Below, one piece after another: positions 51,736-64,000 of a DNA stretch of 64,000 nt (positions are counted from its first letter, which is position 1; the number at the start of each line of letters is the position of its first letter). The stretch is from Ruditapes philippinarum (taxonomy: Eukaryota): assembly GCF_026571515.1 (NCBI RefSeq), contig NW_026862413.1, positions 1 to 64,000 of the forward strand. Reading direction: 5' to 3'. The notes under the pieces were generated by a model. The model did no database searches. It worked only from the letters and a program-made list of their open reading frames with translations, and had not been told where the DNA came from. Both the position numbers and the translations under genes were made by a program.

Positions 51736-54700
51736 ATGGGTAATTGCCTAAATTCATATCGGGCGGCAATCGGATTATTTAATTGTGTGGCAATAAGTTC
51801 AGAACGTAACTCTGTTTCTTATCGTGAGAAATTCGTACTGTTTCATTGTGTGCAAAATTATTTAGGTTGATATTTCGCTCGTTACAAATATGGCTAATTC
51901 TGGTCTGCTCATTCTTTTATAAGAAATTTTATCATTTAAATAACAGTAAAAGAGCCTACTTAAAGACCATCCGCGACACAAATAGTTCGTTATGCGAAAC
52001 CAATTTCAGTTCAAATTTTATGTTTTTAAAGATAATGTTATGCGGAGATGTAGAAATAAATCCTGGCCCTGATAGTGTGATACAAATTCAAACCTGTATT
52101 TCCATATTTCACCAAAATATACGAAGCATTCGCAACAAAATGAATTTCATTTCTGATAATTGGCTAGACTATGATATTTTATGCTTCACAGAAACTCACT
52201 TAAGTAATAATGTCACTGACTCTTCAATTTCTCTAGACGGATATAGTAATTTGTATAGAAAAGACGGTAATTCATATTCTGCCGGAATGCTTATATATGT
52301 ATCTGATAAATTTATCTCAAAAAGACTAAATGATTTCGAAACTTTTTTTGAAGAGTCTGTTTGGGTTGAAATAAGAAAAACGCAAGAAAGAATTTTGATA
52401 TGTACTACATATCGACCTCCAAACTATACTAATGATTACTGGGATAAAATGAACTTGTGTGTAGAAAAGGCTTTTGAACTTTGCCCAAACATAACAATTC
52501 TTGGTGATATAAACGAAGACCAACTAAATTCGAGTAATTATAATCTTCGAAATATCTTATTATTAAATGGTATGCGTAATATCATTACTGATCCAACACG
52601 TGTTACTGCTCAAACATCAACCCTATTAGATCCAATAGTAATTTCAAATAATTTAACTGTTTTAACGTCAGGAATTCATTGCACTCCAAAAGAAATAAGT
52701 GACCATTTTGGAACGTATGTATTTATTAAATCTTCCCATTTACCCTCTATACCTTATAAGAGACGTATATGGAACTACAAACGAGCGGATTTTGTAAAGT
52801 TTAATGAATTAATTAACACAACTGATTGGTCTTTTCTAAATTTAAATACTATTGACGAAGCCTGTGACTTGTTTACAAAAGGTTCCATAATTTAGCTCAA
52901 CAATGTATACCTACAAATATCATCAAAATAAGGCCTAAGGATAAACCATGGTATGATTCAGTAATAAGAAATATGAGTCGTAAACGGGATAGACAGAAAT
53001 GTAAAGCAATTAGATCAAATAAAGAATCTGACTGGTTAATATACAAACGGTATAGAAATAAAGTGAGCAATATGATTAAACATGCAAAGGAGAAGTTTTA
53101 TAATAACTTAGAACTTTCTATATCTGATCTTAATTGTAATAATCACAGGCAATATTTGAAAACCGTAAAAATGTTAATTAAAGAAAACAAAGGTTGTGAG
53201 AGTATTCCCCCACTTTACATAGAAAATTCGCCTAGCAAAACTTACTTCTTCACCAATCTAGAAAAAGCAAATTGTCTTAACGATTATTTTGTTTCAGTCT
53301 CAACTGTAGACGACACCCATTCGTCCCTACCAGATTTTGTTTCTAAAAGTAATGTTAAATTTTCTAGTTTACAAATAAGCGATCAGGAAATAAGTGATAT
53401 CTTAATAACGTTAATTACAAATAAAGCAAGTGGACCAGATGAAATTAGTCATAAAATGCTAAAAGAAACAAGATATTCTGTCTGTGCTCCACTAGGTATC
53501 TTATTTAACAGATCTCTAGTCGAAAATATTTACCCTAATTCATGGAAATCAGCAGTTGTAATGCCAATATATAAAAAGGGCAGTAAAAACATGCCTATGA
53601 ATTATAGACCCATTTCTCTAATAAGTTGTGTAGGTAAAGTATTTGAGCGAATTGTTTTTAAGCACATTTATAATCATTTACATGTTAATAATCTTATATA
53701 TCACCAACAGTCTGGGTTTTTACCGGGTCATTCCACCGTTTTTCAACTTATTGATATTTATCATCAAATTACTCAAGCCTTTGACAAAAAACAATCTACA
53801 TGTATGATATTTTGTGACATTTCGAAAGCATTCGATAGGGTATGGCACAAAGGGCTATATTTAAATTGCGGCAATACGGTATTGATGGCGATATATTAAA
53901 TTGGTTGAGCAACTATCTTTTAAACCGGCACCAAAAAAGTTTTTGTAAATTCAACTTTCTCAAGTGAGAAAATAACTACTGCGGGCGTTCCCCAGGGATC
54001 AGTCCTGGGTCCGTTGCTATTTCTAATCTACGTTAATGATATTGCGGATAATCTATTAAGCATAACCCGCCTCTTTGCAGATGATAGTTCGTTGTCGATT
54101 TCCTCTAGCAATATGAATTTTATAGAAAACACATTAAATACCGATCTACATACTCTTCAAGAATGGTCCCATAAGTGGTTAATTAAATTTAATCCAGATA
54201 AAACAGAAGTAATGTTTTTTTCCTTAAATGATGAACAACGCCCTTCTCTATTCTTTGAAAATACCCAACTTACTTATGTAAAAACGCATAAACATCTTGG
54301 ACTTACATTGAGTGAAGATGGAAAATGGCACGAACACATTAATAATATTATGACATCAGCTTCTAAAGTTCTAAGCTCAGTGCAATCATTGAAATTTAAA
54401 CTCAAACGAAATACATTAAATCAAATTTATTTATCATATATGCGACCAATCCTCGAATATGCCTCCACTGTTTGGGATGGCTGTAATGAAAATGATAAAC
54501 ATTCTCTTGAAAAGATGCAATATGAAGCAGCGCGTGTTGTCACAGGCCTAACTAGATCGGTATCTATAGACCGTTTACTTAGAGAAATTGGCTGGGTATC
54601 TTTGTCGGATAGAAGAATTATGCAAAAATTAATAATAGTTTACAAAGCACATCAAAACAATGTTCCAAGCTACTTACTAAATCTTTTCCCAAATAGTGTC

Positions 54701-55237
54701 GCTAATTCTACTCCATACTTCCTCCGAAATGATAACAACTATGTGACAATCGCACGGAGAACACAAATATTCGCAAAATCTTTCATTCCTTCATCTATAG
54801 AGTTATGGAACAATTTGGATGATCATATTAGACATGCGGCTTCTCTTAATATTTTTAAATCTCGTCTCAAAGAAATTTATAAACCACATACTGTTCCTAA
54901 ATATTTTGTATACGGAGATCGAAGTTTATCTGTTTACCATGCACGTATTAGAAACGAATGTAGTAATCTTAATGCTGATCTTTGTAAAAATCATCTACGA
55001 GATAACTCACTTTGTAGCTACTGTACATCCAGTATTGAAGATGCCGAACATTACTTTTTTAAATGTCCCAAATATAACGAAATAAGAGTGCAGTTATTCC
55101 GCTCAACTCGCAGTTTCCATCCCTTGAGCGTAAAGACCCTTTTGTTTGGAAAAGAATCTCTTTCTGATGAGAATAACTTATTTATTTTTGATAAGGTACA
55201 ATTATTTATTAAATTATCGTGTAGATTTGAATCTTAA
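51736..55237 (+). pseudogene. LINE ORF2: N-terminal leader, 2A-like peptide, AP endonuclease, reverse transcriptase, C-terminal Cys/His motif; split by about 4 frameshifts
   Basis: ATG at 51736 gives MGNCLNSYRAAIGLF. Then GDVEINPGP; APE motifs HQNIRSI, CFTETHL, YRPPN, LGDIN, LLDPI, SDH; RT motifs KASGPDEI, YRPISL, QSGF, DISKAFDRVWH, GVPQGSVLGP, LFADD, KHLGL; and C-terminal CSYC..EDAEHYFFKC. Frame changes near 51860, 52880, 53860 and 53935. Confidence 0.93.
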
Positions 55238-58200
55238 TTTTTTTATATTATCTGTACTACTTGCCACGTTCAATTGATATCCCTACTTACTGAACTCTAT
55301 CCCCCTTTTTTTTTTTTTTTTTTTTTTCCTTTTATGTAATGCTTTTCTTCTTCTTTCTCCTTGTGCATTTTTCCCTAATTGCTCTACTATCATACATTTT
55401 GGTTTGTAACTGTCTTATTATTATTAGATAATTCAATATATCAGGGAAGAACCGTTTGCTGATGTTGTAAGAACTCGTGGTTCAACCCTTTTGCTACTTT
55501 TGTATTTATACCATGATAATATAATGCTATAAATGTGTAAAAAAAAGAGCAATAAAATATGTTTAAATCAAAAGTTCTGTCTCTCATAGATGTTTTTATA
55601 AACAAGACCACGTGTGACAGGTTTCATAAACTACAATTATATTATAACGATTTCAGGAATCATTTCATTGCAACATAAGTTAACATATAAAATATCATAA
55701 TCTAATCCATTATCAATGTAAAATTAAATTAAAGACAAAAAAATGTCAAAGTCATTTATATTGTTACGTGTTATAATAAATTAAGCTTTTATAAAGAAGT
55801 TTGCTTATCAAAATACATCTGCCATTTTGTCTTATAGTATAGATTCAGTTTTTTTGTGTGTTCAGTTAGTCAAAACCTGTTGGCAAGTTACAAGTAATGC
55901 AACGCCTCTGAACTTTCTTCATCCTTATGTATAATAACCAGATGACCTGATGATGAATTAGTTTTTAATTGCTGTATGTTTTTATCAAAGTTTGTTAAAT
56001 ATAATAAATATTCAAACAGCTGTGGTCATTGGTGAATATTGAACTAAATATTCAAATTTATTTGGAAGTGCAACCAATTCTTTACTATCATGATAACGTA
56101 TTCAGTACACCATAAAGAAGGAAGAAAAATGCTTTGGCAGTCAGAAAAAAATAATGATGTATGTGAGACGTTTGTCGTTTGTAGTTTTGTTTCATTTGCA
56201 GTAATTTCTATTCCCCGGAGTACACAATACGATATTTATTCCTTTCATTTCCCTGGGAACGTTCTTGAAACTGAATCAAACTGTTCCTGCAGGCAATTTT
56301 CAATTAGAACACTATCGAATTACAAAACTATTCAAGACAAATAACATAATTTATGAATAAATAATTGAATGAAAAGTGCAATTAGCAAGCGAGTCATTAC
56401 TTGTTTTTGTTTGCTATTTTCAAAGTTCTTCTTGAGAATTTTAGCTGCAAACTACATGATTAATTACAGTTCTCAAGTTTGTATTTCTGATTCATTATAA
56501 AGATTTCCAACACAAAACACATTTTAAATTTTCAGGTAAAGATATGCATGCATTTGTTTCCAAATGTATATCTAAACACGTGACCACAGTATGAAATATT
56601 TTGGTAGAAAGGAATATTTTTTCTAACCTGACAATATCAGTCACACCCGACATTTTTCGTAATCTAAGAAGTAGTCGGCTTCATTGTCAGCCAATCTTTA
56701 TTCCTTGAAAATCTAGAAAACTATTGAAACAGCCATGAATAGCAATACCACAGTAGATAACATTAATATAAACTGTATATGAAACAATATAACTATTTAA
56801 ATCAGTTTAGATCGAGTGAACGTGATCTGGAATATAGGTTAAGACAAATGACGGAAAAAAATCTCACTGACTATAAGTGAGCAAACAAAATGATAAAACA
56901 GATCTTCATATCTCATAGGTACTTTGGAGCAAGGAAATTGCCCAAACAATTGAGTATAGGTAAAACTTTTATGATCGCTCAAAAAGAATTTGGTTCCATG
57001 AATGGTCCCCCTAGTAGCATTCTGACATTTTATCTCTTATTCCAATTATATATGACATACTTGCATTACGGTTTTTAATTGATATCGTCGTGAAAATACA
57101 GTTATTATATCATTTTGGAGGGCAGTAACATAACATTACCAATGCCAAATTGCTTTTTTTAATGATCCTAAGCGCCCCGATTTCCTTTCGAAAAATATAT
57201 ATTGTGAATTTCAAATGCTACATAAGACCGGGTGTTACGATGTAATATTACTTTACATTACAGGATATTGTTTTGAATGACATGTGCGTTTGTTAAGTTA
57301 TCATTCTCATTTTTTGTTGTTGAAAATGCTATGCGGCTAGTCCATCAAAGGTCACTTAATCTACCCTTCTAGAACAAATAAACTGTTATTTTCCTCATAC
57401 TTAAGCAATTAGATTTTTATTAAGATTATTGATAAAACTTAACTTTTTTCAGAAGATATATCTCTCCTGTTTTATTATTATCAATCAAAAACAATACAAA
57501 TGTGCTCATTATAGACACATCTTCCTTAAAAGTCCAACCAAAAATGTATTTTTTTAAACTTTCTTTTAGTCTTAACCATATTTGACAACGCCGTCTTGTA
57601 CACACTGTTATCTGAATTCGGCAAATTATATCAAACTTTAGTAATGTCATAGAAACAAACCAATGCATTGGGGTTATAGGCGACAAGTTCAATGATCTAA
57701 CCCATTTGAATAAGTCGTCCATCCATGGAAGATATAAAAAAAACTTATATTAAACCTGAAATGTAAAATTGTATCCATGTATTGTAACAACTGGCACAAC
57801 GACATTGAATAGAAAATGCAATGCCTTCATTTTTTTGCGCGCAGTGATAAGATTCAAGAGATTAAAATGACCTCAGGTGACATCCATGATATATTTCCTT
57901 TTACTGCGCTTTTCGAGAAATGTTTCTAATTTTAATTGTTCCCATGAGCTATCGTCAATGCAAAACTGTTGAATTACTAATTATCTTGGAAAAAAATATG
58001 TTTTTAGTGACAGCATTGTTTTTTTCTGTTAAGATCCTTTACTTCAGTTAAAACATCAAAACATATGAATTTCAATTTTGCACTATGGCATCATTTATTC
58101 ATTATTTAAGTTTATATAGACGGGGCTTAAATTGATTTATAACGCTATGTATGAATATTACTCTGTTCAAAAGGGTGCGTAATCTCCATAGGCATTTTTT

Positions 58201-60319
58201 CAAGCACATTTTAACCAAAACATAACGTATATTTATATAAATTCCCCTTGTTGTATCTGTTGATACCAGTTGCATATAACCAGTTGTGCATAGATGTTCA
58301 AATCCGAAAATGAAACACATCATATGCCAATGCATAACTATGAAAACCTCACCGTTACGATTTAAGATAACAATGTTTAATAATCAATTCAATTCCTTTC
58401 AATTACTTTTTTATTGACGTACTGGCACTTTATTCGATGTGTTTAAAATAATGCGATGTAAATGAGTCAACTTGTTGTTTGTACTGTTTTTGTTTTTATT
58501 TGTTATTGACTTGTTATATTTATATGCATATCATTTATCTATGAAGTGAGATTGTAACACTTTTAGGTTGCTAATAAGCTTAAAGTTGATTTACCACATA
58601 TTTCTGTAGGCGGAACCGCCTTTATTTCATAAAGTTAACAAGAGGCATTTTCCTAACACATTTGTGTAAATCGCATGTGTAACAAGAAATGTTCACGTAT
58701 TTATCGAATTCAGTATGAAACTAATTTAGTAAATCAATCGTTTAGAAGCTTTTAAACATATGATAAAGTAATACAAACCGTCTGAATTAATTACATGTCG
58801 TTTTACAGCAATAAAACAATCATTCATGTTTCATGTACACTCTCCGGCATGATTTGTCGTAATTCCATTTCTGGGATTTCCATAACCCAGGGGTAATTTG
58901 CTCAATATTTATTCTTCTCCCTTCCTTCGGAATTATCTTAAATCCTGTTCTGAATTTTCCCTGAGGATGAATTCAAAACAAAACCATTATATTTCAAAAC
59001 GTTCTTGATATTTATGTTGACAGTGAGTATTTTATAATGCAAACTATGTTATCTTAATGCAAAACAAAATCACACGTATTTTTTTCTTTCAGTATAAACG
59101 TTTAAGTTACTAACATAAGAAACTCTCATGAATGTATTTGTTGCATTTTCAGAACTTGTTTACCTCACAATGTCAGTAATCTTATTTGTTTTCTTGTTTT
59201 TCTTGTTTTGTGTAGTTCTGTTTTAATTTTTATTTTCTTAATTCTTCTGTTGCCTTCAAAACAGTTCCGTTCTATGCAATTATAGTATATACGTATCTGT
59301 GGGGTCCAATTAAAACTGCCAACCACATCATTCATCAAATTATTCTTTTTTCACTAAATATTTTAAAACTAATATATATCTTAACCTATATTTTTAAAGA
59401 GACCCAGTTACTTAAAAAACTGTACAACAAACCACGGCGGTAATAAAACAGCAATAAATGACTATTATAAGATTAACTTAATGTCATTTCGTGTATAAAG
59501 TAATCGAAAATTGCCAACCCATGGGCAATCTATATCTGGTTGCCGTAAAGTAATGAATTACATGAAAAGATGTGATATATTGTAAACAGTGTTATTTTGT
59601 GGACAAAACACTTTCTGTAAATTTTATTAAGGCAGACTTAAATCTTAAAAAAAGTTAAGATTCTTCATGTAGAAATGTAAGCATTTGTTCTCAAGGTTTC
59701 TAGCATAAATTTACTGCAAAAAAAAACAATTAATAATATTTTCATAAACCAATGATCTTTTGATGATTAGGCTATTTCGTAAGCTATTGTAAACACAAAA
59801 CACCTATTTTCGATAAAGTGTTGTGACGCTTTTAACAGCTTATGGAACGACTACAATTATAACAAGTACAGGCAGATATTCTGCTCTTTCACAATGTGTT
59901 TTACATGAATTTGTGTTTTGTTCTTTCCCTAAACGATATCTTAGTTAACGCAAGTAAATTCCCCCAGTTATTACAAGTTTCGACAGGAATAATATAACTA
60001 TTCTTAGTTTGATTTTGCTCAAAGTTGTTTTGTGCTGATGTTCTTTTAAAGTGTATAAAAGTATTGTTGGACTCATGAACAATGATAATTAAACATGCCT
60101 TTATGAAACAAAACGTTAGTAGTATTTCCTTATGATTTTTCTGGCTAAATTAGTTTTACAGAAGGCGTTTTGTTCTAATAAATTACATCGTTTTCAAAAA
60201 ATGATATCTATAAATATAGTTCGTTTCATCCAGGCAAAGAGCGAATGGCGAACGTGCACTCAAAACCGTTCAAACCGTGTTACATAGCATCATATTATTT
60301 TGTTACGGTTAATTATATT

Positions 60320-60710
60320 ATATTTACATACAATGATTTATAATTTACTGTCAATTAAGAAATATTAAATCAATTATTTTATTGCTTTAAAGTTTGACGC
60401 ATGATAATATAACTCGGCTACGCCCTCGTGGTATATTTCCTCGCATCCTTATTCTAAACAGTTCGATTTTAACACGACATCAACACATGAATGCTGCGTA
60501 CCTGATATTAGGCTAAATTGCGCCTGATTTGTTTCTGTACTTATTTTCAATGCGTCGCATTTTTCGTGGTTACGTCACATGTATAATAAAGGACAACATA
60601 CAACGTCACATGTCTACATATAGAACGTCAACTGTGATTTTATTGCATAATAATGACACTTTCCGTTATTCTATGTTCAATAGGGAAAAAACGGGTCATG
60701 TTAGAATATA
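60320..60710. mobile_element. Decayed foldback-type insertion
   Basis: ctcggctacgccctcg (60413-60428) is the reverse-complement type of the 14513 hairpin centre. Inverted repeat tattctaa 60450 / ttagaata 60701. Missing from the unit 1 paralog near 17000. Boundaries are approximate. Confidence 0.5.
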
Positions 60711-63411
60711 TTATATAAAGTTATGTTATCAGATTAAGCTTTATACCCTGTAACGTGTTTTTTCTTAATAGTTACTGCATTGCCAACTTCTTTTTATTTC
60801 ATCTTAGTCATTTGTCTAATCTTCATTATATTTAGATAATTTTTCAATTTCAATTATTTTCTTTCTGTAATCAAAGGGATAGCCATGTGTATGTTTTAAA
60901 ATAAATCAAAAGAGGTAATAATCACGTCTACTTGATAATTACCCTTCTATTACAAGGAGCCACGAGAGGTTAGAAAACACGTGTTTCTTAAGCAGACGTG
61001 TATGTTAACGGTTTTCAAATAAGAGTTCTGCATTCCTTTAAAAATGCCTATTATGTGTTATCCCAGAAGTTAAATGTAATTGATTACCGTGATATATCAA
61101 TATATGTAATTTATGACAACAATGTTTAAAATGTATCTAAAGAAAAACAATGGTTTCTTAAAGGTTACTAATGTAATTCATTTTATCAATAAATTAACTC
61201 TATTTTTGCTTTCAACATTTTTTTTGAATTTCACCTTGGCCATCCAATAGCCAATACAAATTCATATTTCATATTCATACAACGAAAATATGTAGTCTAA
61301 CATGCTTATCAAGTTCAAAACTCTCAAATGTATATTTTATCGTACAATGTAAATCGTATTAACTCAAACTTCATCATCATTTGGAATGAATTATCTCGAA
61401 GGATCAGACAGATATGAAATATAGCAGCAGTGAAGTACGGGGCAGCTTATTATCAGCTATAATTTAAGAAAAAAGAAAATGCACAATCGAGGGAGCAATA
61501 TAATTACTATATGGCATTCAGAATACTTTTAAGTAATTCTTTAGAGATTTTATATTCCTTCTGATTCTCACATATGTAACTACACGTACTAGTGAGATTT
61601 GTATTTAACGCTCTTTGCAGACCAGAGTCTCTTTTGATCTTTGATTGTACAGGTCAACATAGCTGTTTATTTGCACCGCTGTGATTTATAAACTAACACT
61701 TTGTGAATGTGTATCAATTTTATTCCTATAGCCATAACACATAGACAAACAGTTTAGACAACAAGTGTTATTCATGGTTTATCGTTGATATTTAAGGGTA
61801 TCTTTTGCATAATTCATATTTTAATATGAGCCTATTATTTCCAAAAGAGGAAATATAAAATAATAGTGTTCCTATATACTTTTTCTGTTTGATAAAATAT
61901 TTCAGAGAATGTTCTCCTCTTGAGACACGTTTGCGAGAACAAAATTTATGTTTTAAGTGTCTGTTAAGTTTGGGGGCAAAGGGCCCTTGGGTTGTCGAGT
62001 TATTTTTTTCAGACTTGACTTTTGAGCACTTGATCCAAAACAAATAATGGTCATATTCTTCCAAAGACAAATACATCTTTGGATTTATTTGAATGGGGAG
62101 GCAATACTAAAGTTTGTCAGAATTATAATGTTCCATGTCTCAATATTATTTTGTAAAAATGTATGCAAGGTTGATATTAAAATAATTTAGTTTATTTAGG
62201 TAACATAATTTTTTTCTCGGAATATTCCAAAGTATTAGGTTCTGTAATTCTGTAAAAAAATGAAATATTTTTTCATCACATTAATATCTACAATATATAA
62301 AAGTAGTGATTCGTTTTATTTCAATTTAGCTTACTAAAGATACTAATAATTTTGATACAATGTGTCAGAAATGCGTGAAGATCAATCATCAAAAGGCGGC
62401 AAATCACAATTATATTTTCATTTAAGAATGGAAACACAAAATCAAAAATTAATATCCCTTCAGTTAGATTTTACAGAATTTGGATAATTATTCAGATTGT
62501 TGATACATTTTGACAGAAATGTGTTAAAAGCACCATCGTATTGATATGGATATATATTATCCTAAATAAAATCTAATGGAAAAATGCATATACAGGCGCA
62601 CAAAACAAAAAAAAATTAACAAAGATTTTTCTCAGTTTCTTGCAAGTATAATTATGATCATGAAAACAAATACTTCAGTCAGATATTTTTAATACATGTA
62701 ACATTAGCAATAAAGGTGTTATAAGAGGTAGAAGAAGTGATGTTTGTTTCCATCTTTACAATAACAATTGAAAATCATGATAAGTACATGTTGAACTCAT
62801 GGCTCATAACATTATATTAATATATTAATAAATAAATGTTAATAAAGATTTGATTAAAAAAAAACGTATGTTCTGCATTTTACGGTTTTAGTGTTGCATT
62901 AATAATATGACTTCATGTGGATTTCATGTATTTCTGAGTAAATTCTTTTAGAGATTCAAGATCAATTGAATAAATGTATAAAACAATTGCATAGACACAG
63001 AAAAATTCTGTTCCGTTAAACCTATTTTCTTTTCTTTACATAAACATTGATATCAAATGACAATGGCATATTTTAGATCTTATGACATTATTTCTAAGAG
63101 CATTAAGTACGAACAAAATTAATATTAACTGCATTTATCATTTAAAAATATATCAAATTATTTATCGATTACAACAAAAGTATTTAAACTGTAATCTCAG
63201 TAAAAACAATGAAGTACACATTGAATATAACTATTAATTCGTCATCTTATTGGGTAAGGCATGGATCTGTCAAACTGGGTGTATAACAAAGAATTTTCAC
63301 ATTCATCTTAATGAATAAAGACAGACTTGTGATTTTTTAAATAAATAAATGGAACACCAGCAAGTTTAAGCATACTTTTCCATTGAGTTCACATAAGGAC
63401 TATAAATTTGA

Positions 63412-63560
63412 TATAGAGACCAAAAGAATATCCAGAGTTCAAAACGACAAATGCTGCAAGAGGGGTTCGATTGAGCGTGTCCATGGACGGTACTGGACTA
63501 TGGAAGTCACTATCTACGTCACACTTGCACTGGCTTTAGCAGAATTCAACATTAAAACAT
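63412..63560 (+). other. Unidentified structured element, copy E11 (paralog of E5)
   Basis: aaatgctgcaagaggggttcgattgagcgtgtccatggacggtactgga...gcactggctttagcagaattcaacatt. Confidence 0.8.
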
Positions 63561-63579
63561 TAAAGAAAACTTTTGACAA

Positions 63580-64000
63580 AACAAGAGCCGGTTGAACCGG
63601 GTGATGCTCCCTGACTAGGATTTGAACACAGGAAAGTATATCTTTTGTAGTTTCAGTGTTATGTCCCAGACAAAGTTCAAAGTGTGATAATTCCAAACTT
63701 AGGCAATGCAGAGTTACTGTTCTTTGCACTGCACTTCTACTCTATTAGATCTATCTACCGACTTGCACTCAATGCGTCGTCTCAAGATGTTGATCATTTC
63801 TGTGAAAATATATGTAAACTCCGACTTCAAATAATTAAGTTATGGGCCGGACACAATTTTGCTTCAAGGTTAGGCTGTGACCTTGACCTTCAATGTAGCG
63901 ACCTAAATCTTGCGTGCGACACGTCGTCTCAATTCGGTGATCATTTCTGTGATATAGTTGTAACATTTGACTTAAAATAACGAAATAATGCGCCGGACAG
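63580..64000. mobile_element. Helentron-associated non-autonomous element (HINE / bivalve pearl-like), continues beyond the window
   Basis: Begins aacaagag followed by the palindrome ccggttgaaccgg. Internal ~147-bp tandem units (63774-63852 vs 63921-63999) contain tgtgaccttgaccttc. Confidence 0.75.

Larger units (their letters stand above)
49653..55572 (+). mobile_element. Full-length non-LTR retrotransposon, CR1/L2 group (ORF1 + APE-RT ORF2)
   Basis: 12-bp TSD agttctgtctct at 49641-49652 and 55573-55584. The paralogous site near 10603 is empty (gagttctgtctcccatag). The element has ORF1, ORF2 domains, and a 3' end aataaaatatgtttaaatc. Confidence 0.96.
40707..63555 (+). repeat. Segmental/tandem duplication unit 3 (paralog of 1668-19850), interrupted by a full-length LINE
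   Basis: Same colinear homology as unit 1. Homology resumes exactly after the LINE at 55573. Confidence 0.95.

Noticed and set aside
61792-62076. 94-aa minus-strand ORF
   Set aside because: No recognisable domain or splice context; consistent with a chance ORF or decayed TE.
63383-63595. Structured element read as a peptide exon (KCC..IE.VHGRYW)
   Set aside because: Copies differ by frame-breaking indels and stops in every frame, and there are no conserved splice sites.

Overview
AT-rich eukaryotic DNA with no cellular protein-coding gene that I can support. The repeat types resemble those of bivalve molluscs (inference). The window is built from diverged copies of one ancestral unit. Unit 1 (~1.7-19.9 kb) recurs in direct orientation as unit 3 (~40.7-63.5 kb), and part of it recurs again at ~33.0-34.6 kb. 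Comparing the paralogs reveals empty sites and exact TE boundaries: (1) a full-length CR1/L2-group LINE (49653-55572, 12-bp TSD) with ORF1 and an APE-RT ORF2 carrying a 2A-like DVEINPGP motif; (2) a 5'-truncated related LINE (26121-28328, 11-bp TSD) nested in a LINE of another family, whose 3' end falls in a 190-N gap; (3) two Kolobok-type MITEs (AG...CT ends, TTAA TSD); (4) hairpin-ended foldback elements; (5) a Helentron-associated (HINE/pearl-like) element, another MITE and SINE remnants. The main unexplained signal is a ~100-150 nt element present in at least 11 copies in both orientations. It can fold into a multi-hairpin, cloverleaf-like structure, shows apparent compensatory changes, has a conserved upstream block, and is gained or lost between the duplicated units. 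I do not recognise it as any known RNA or TE. All identities quoted are by-eye estimates.
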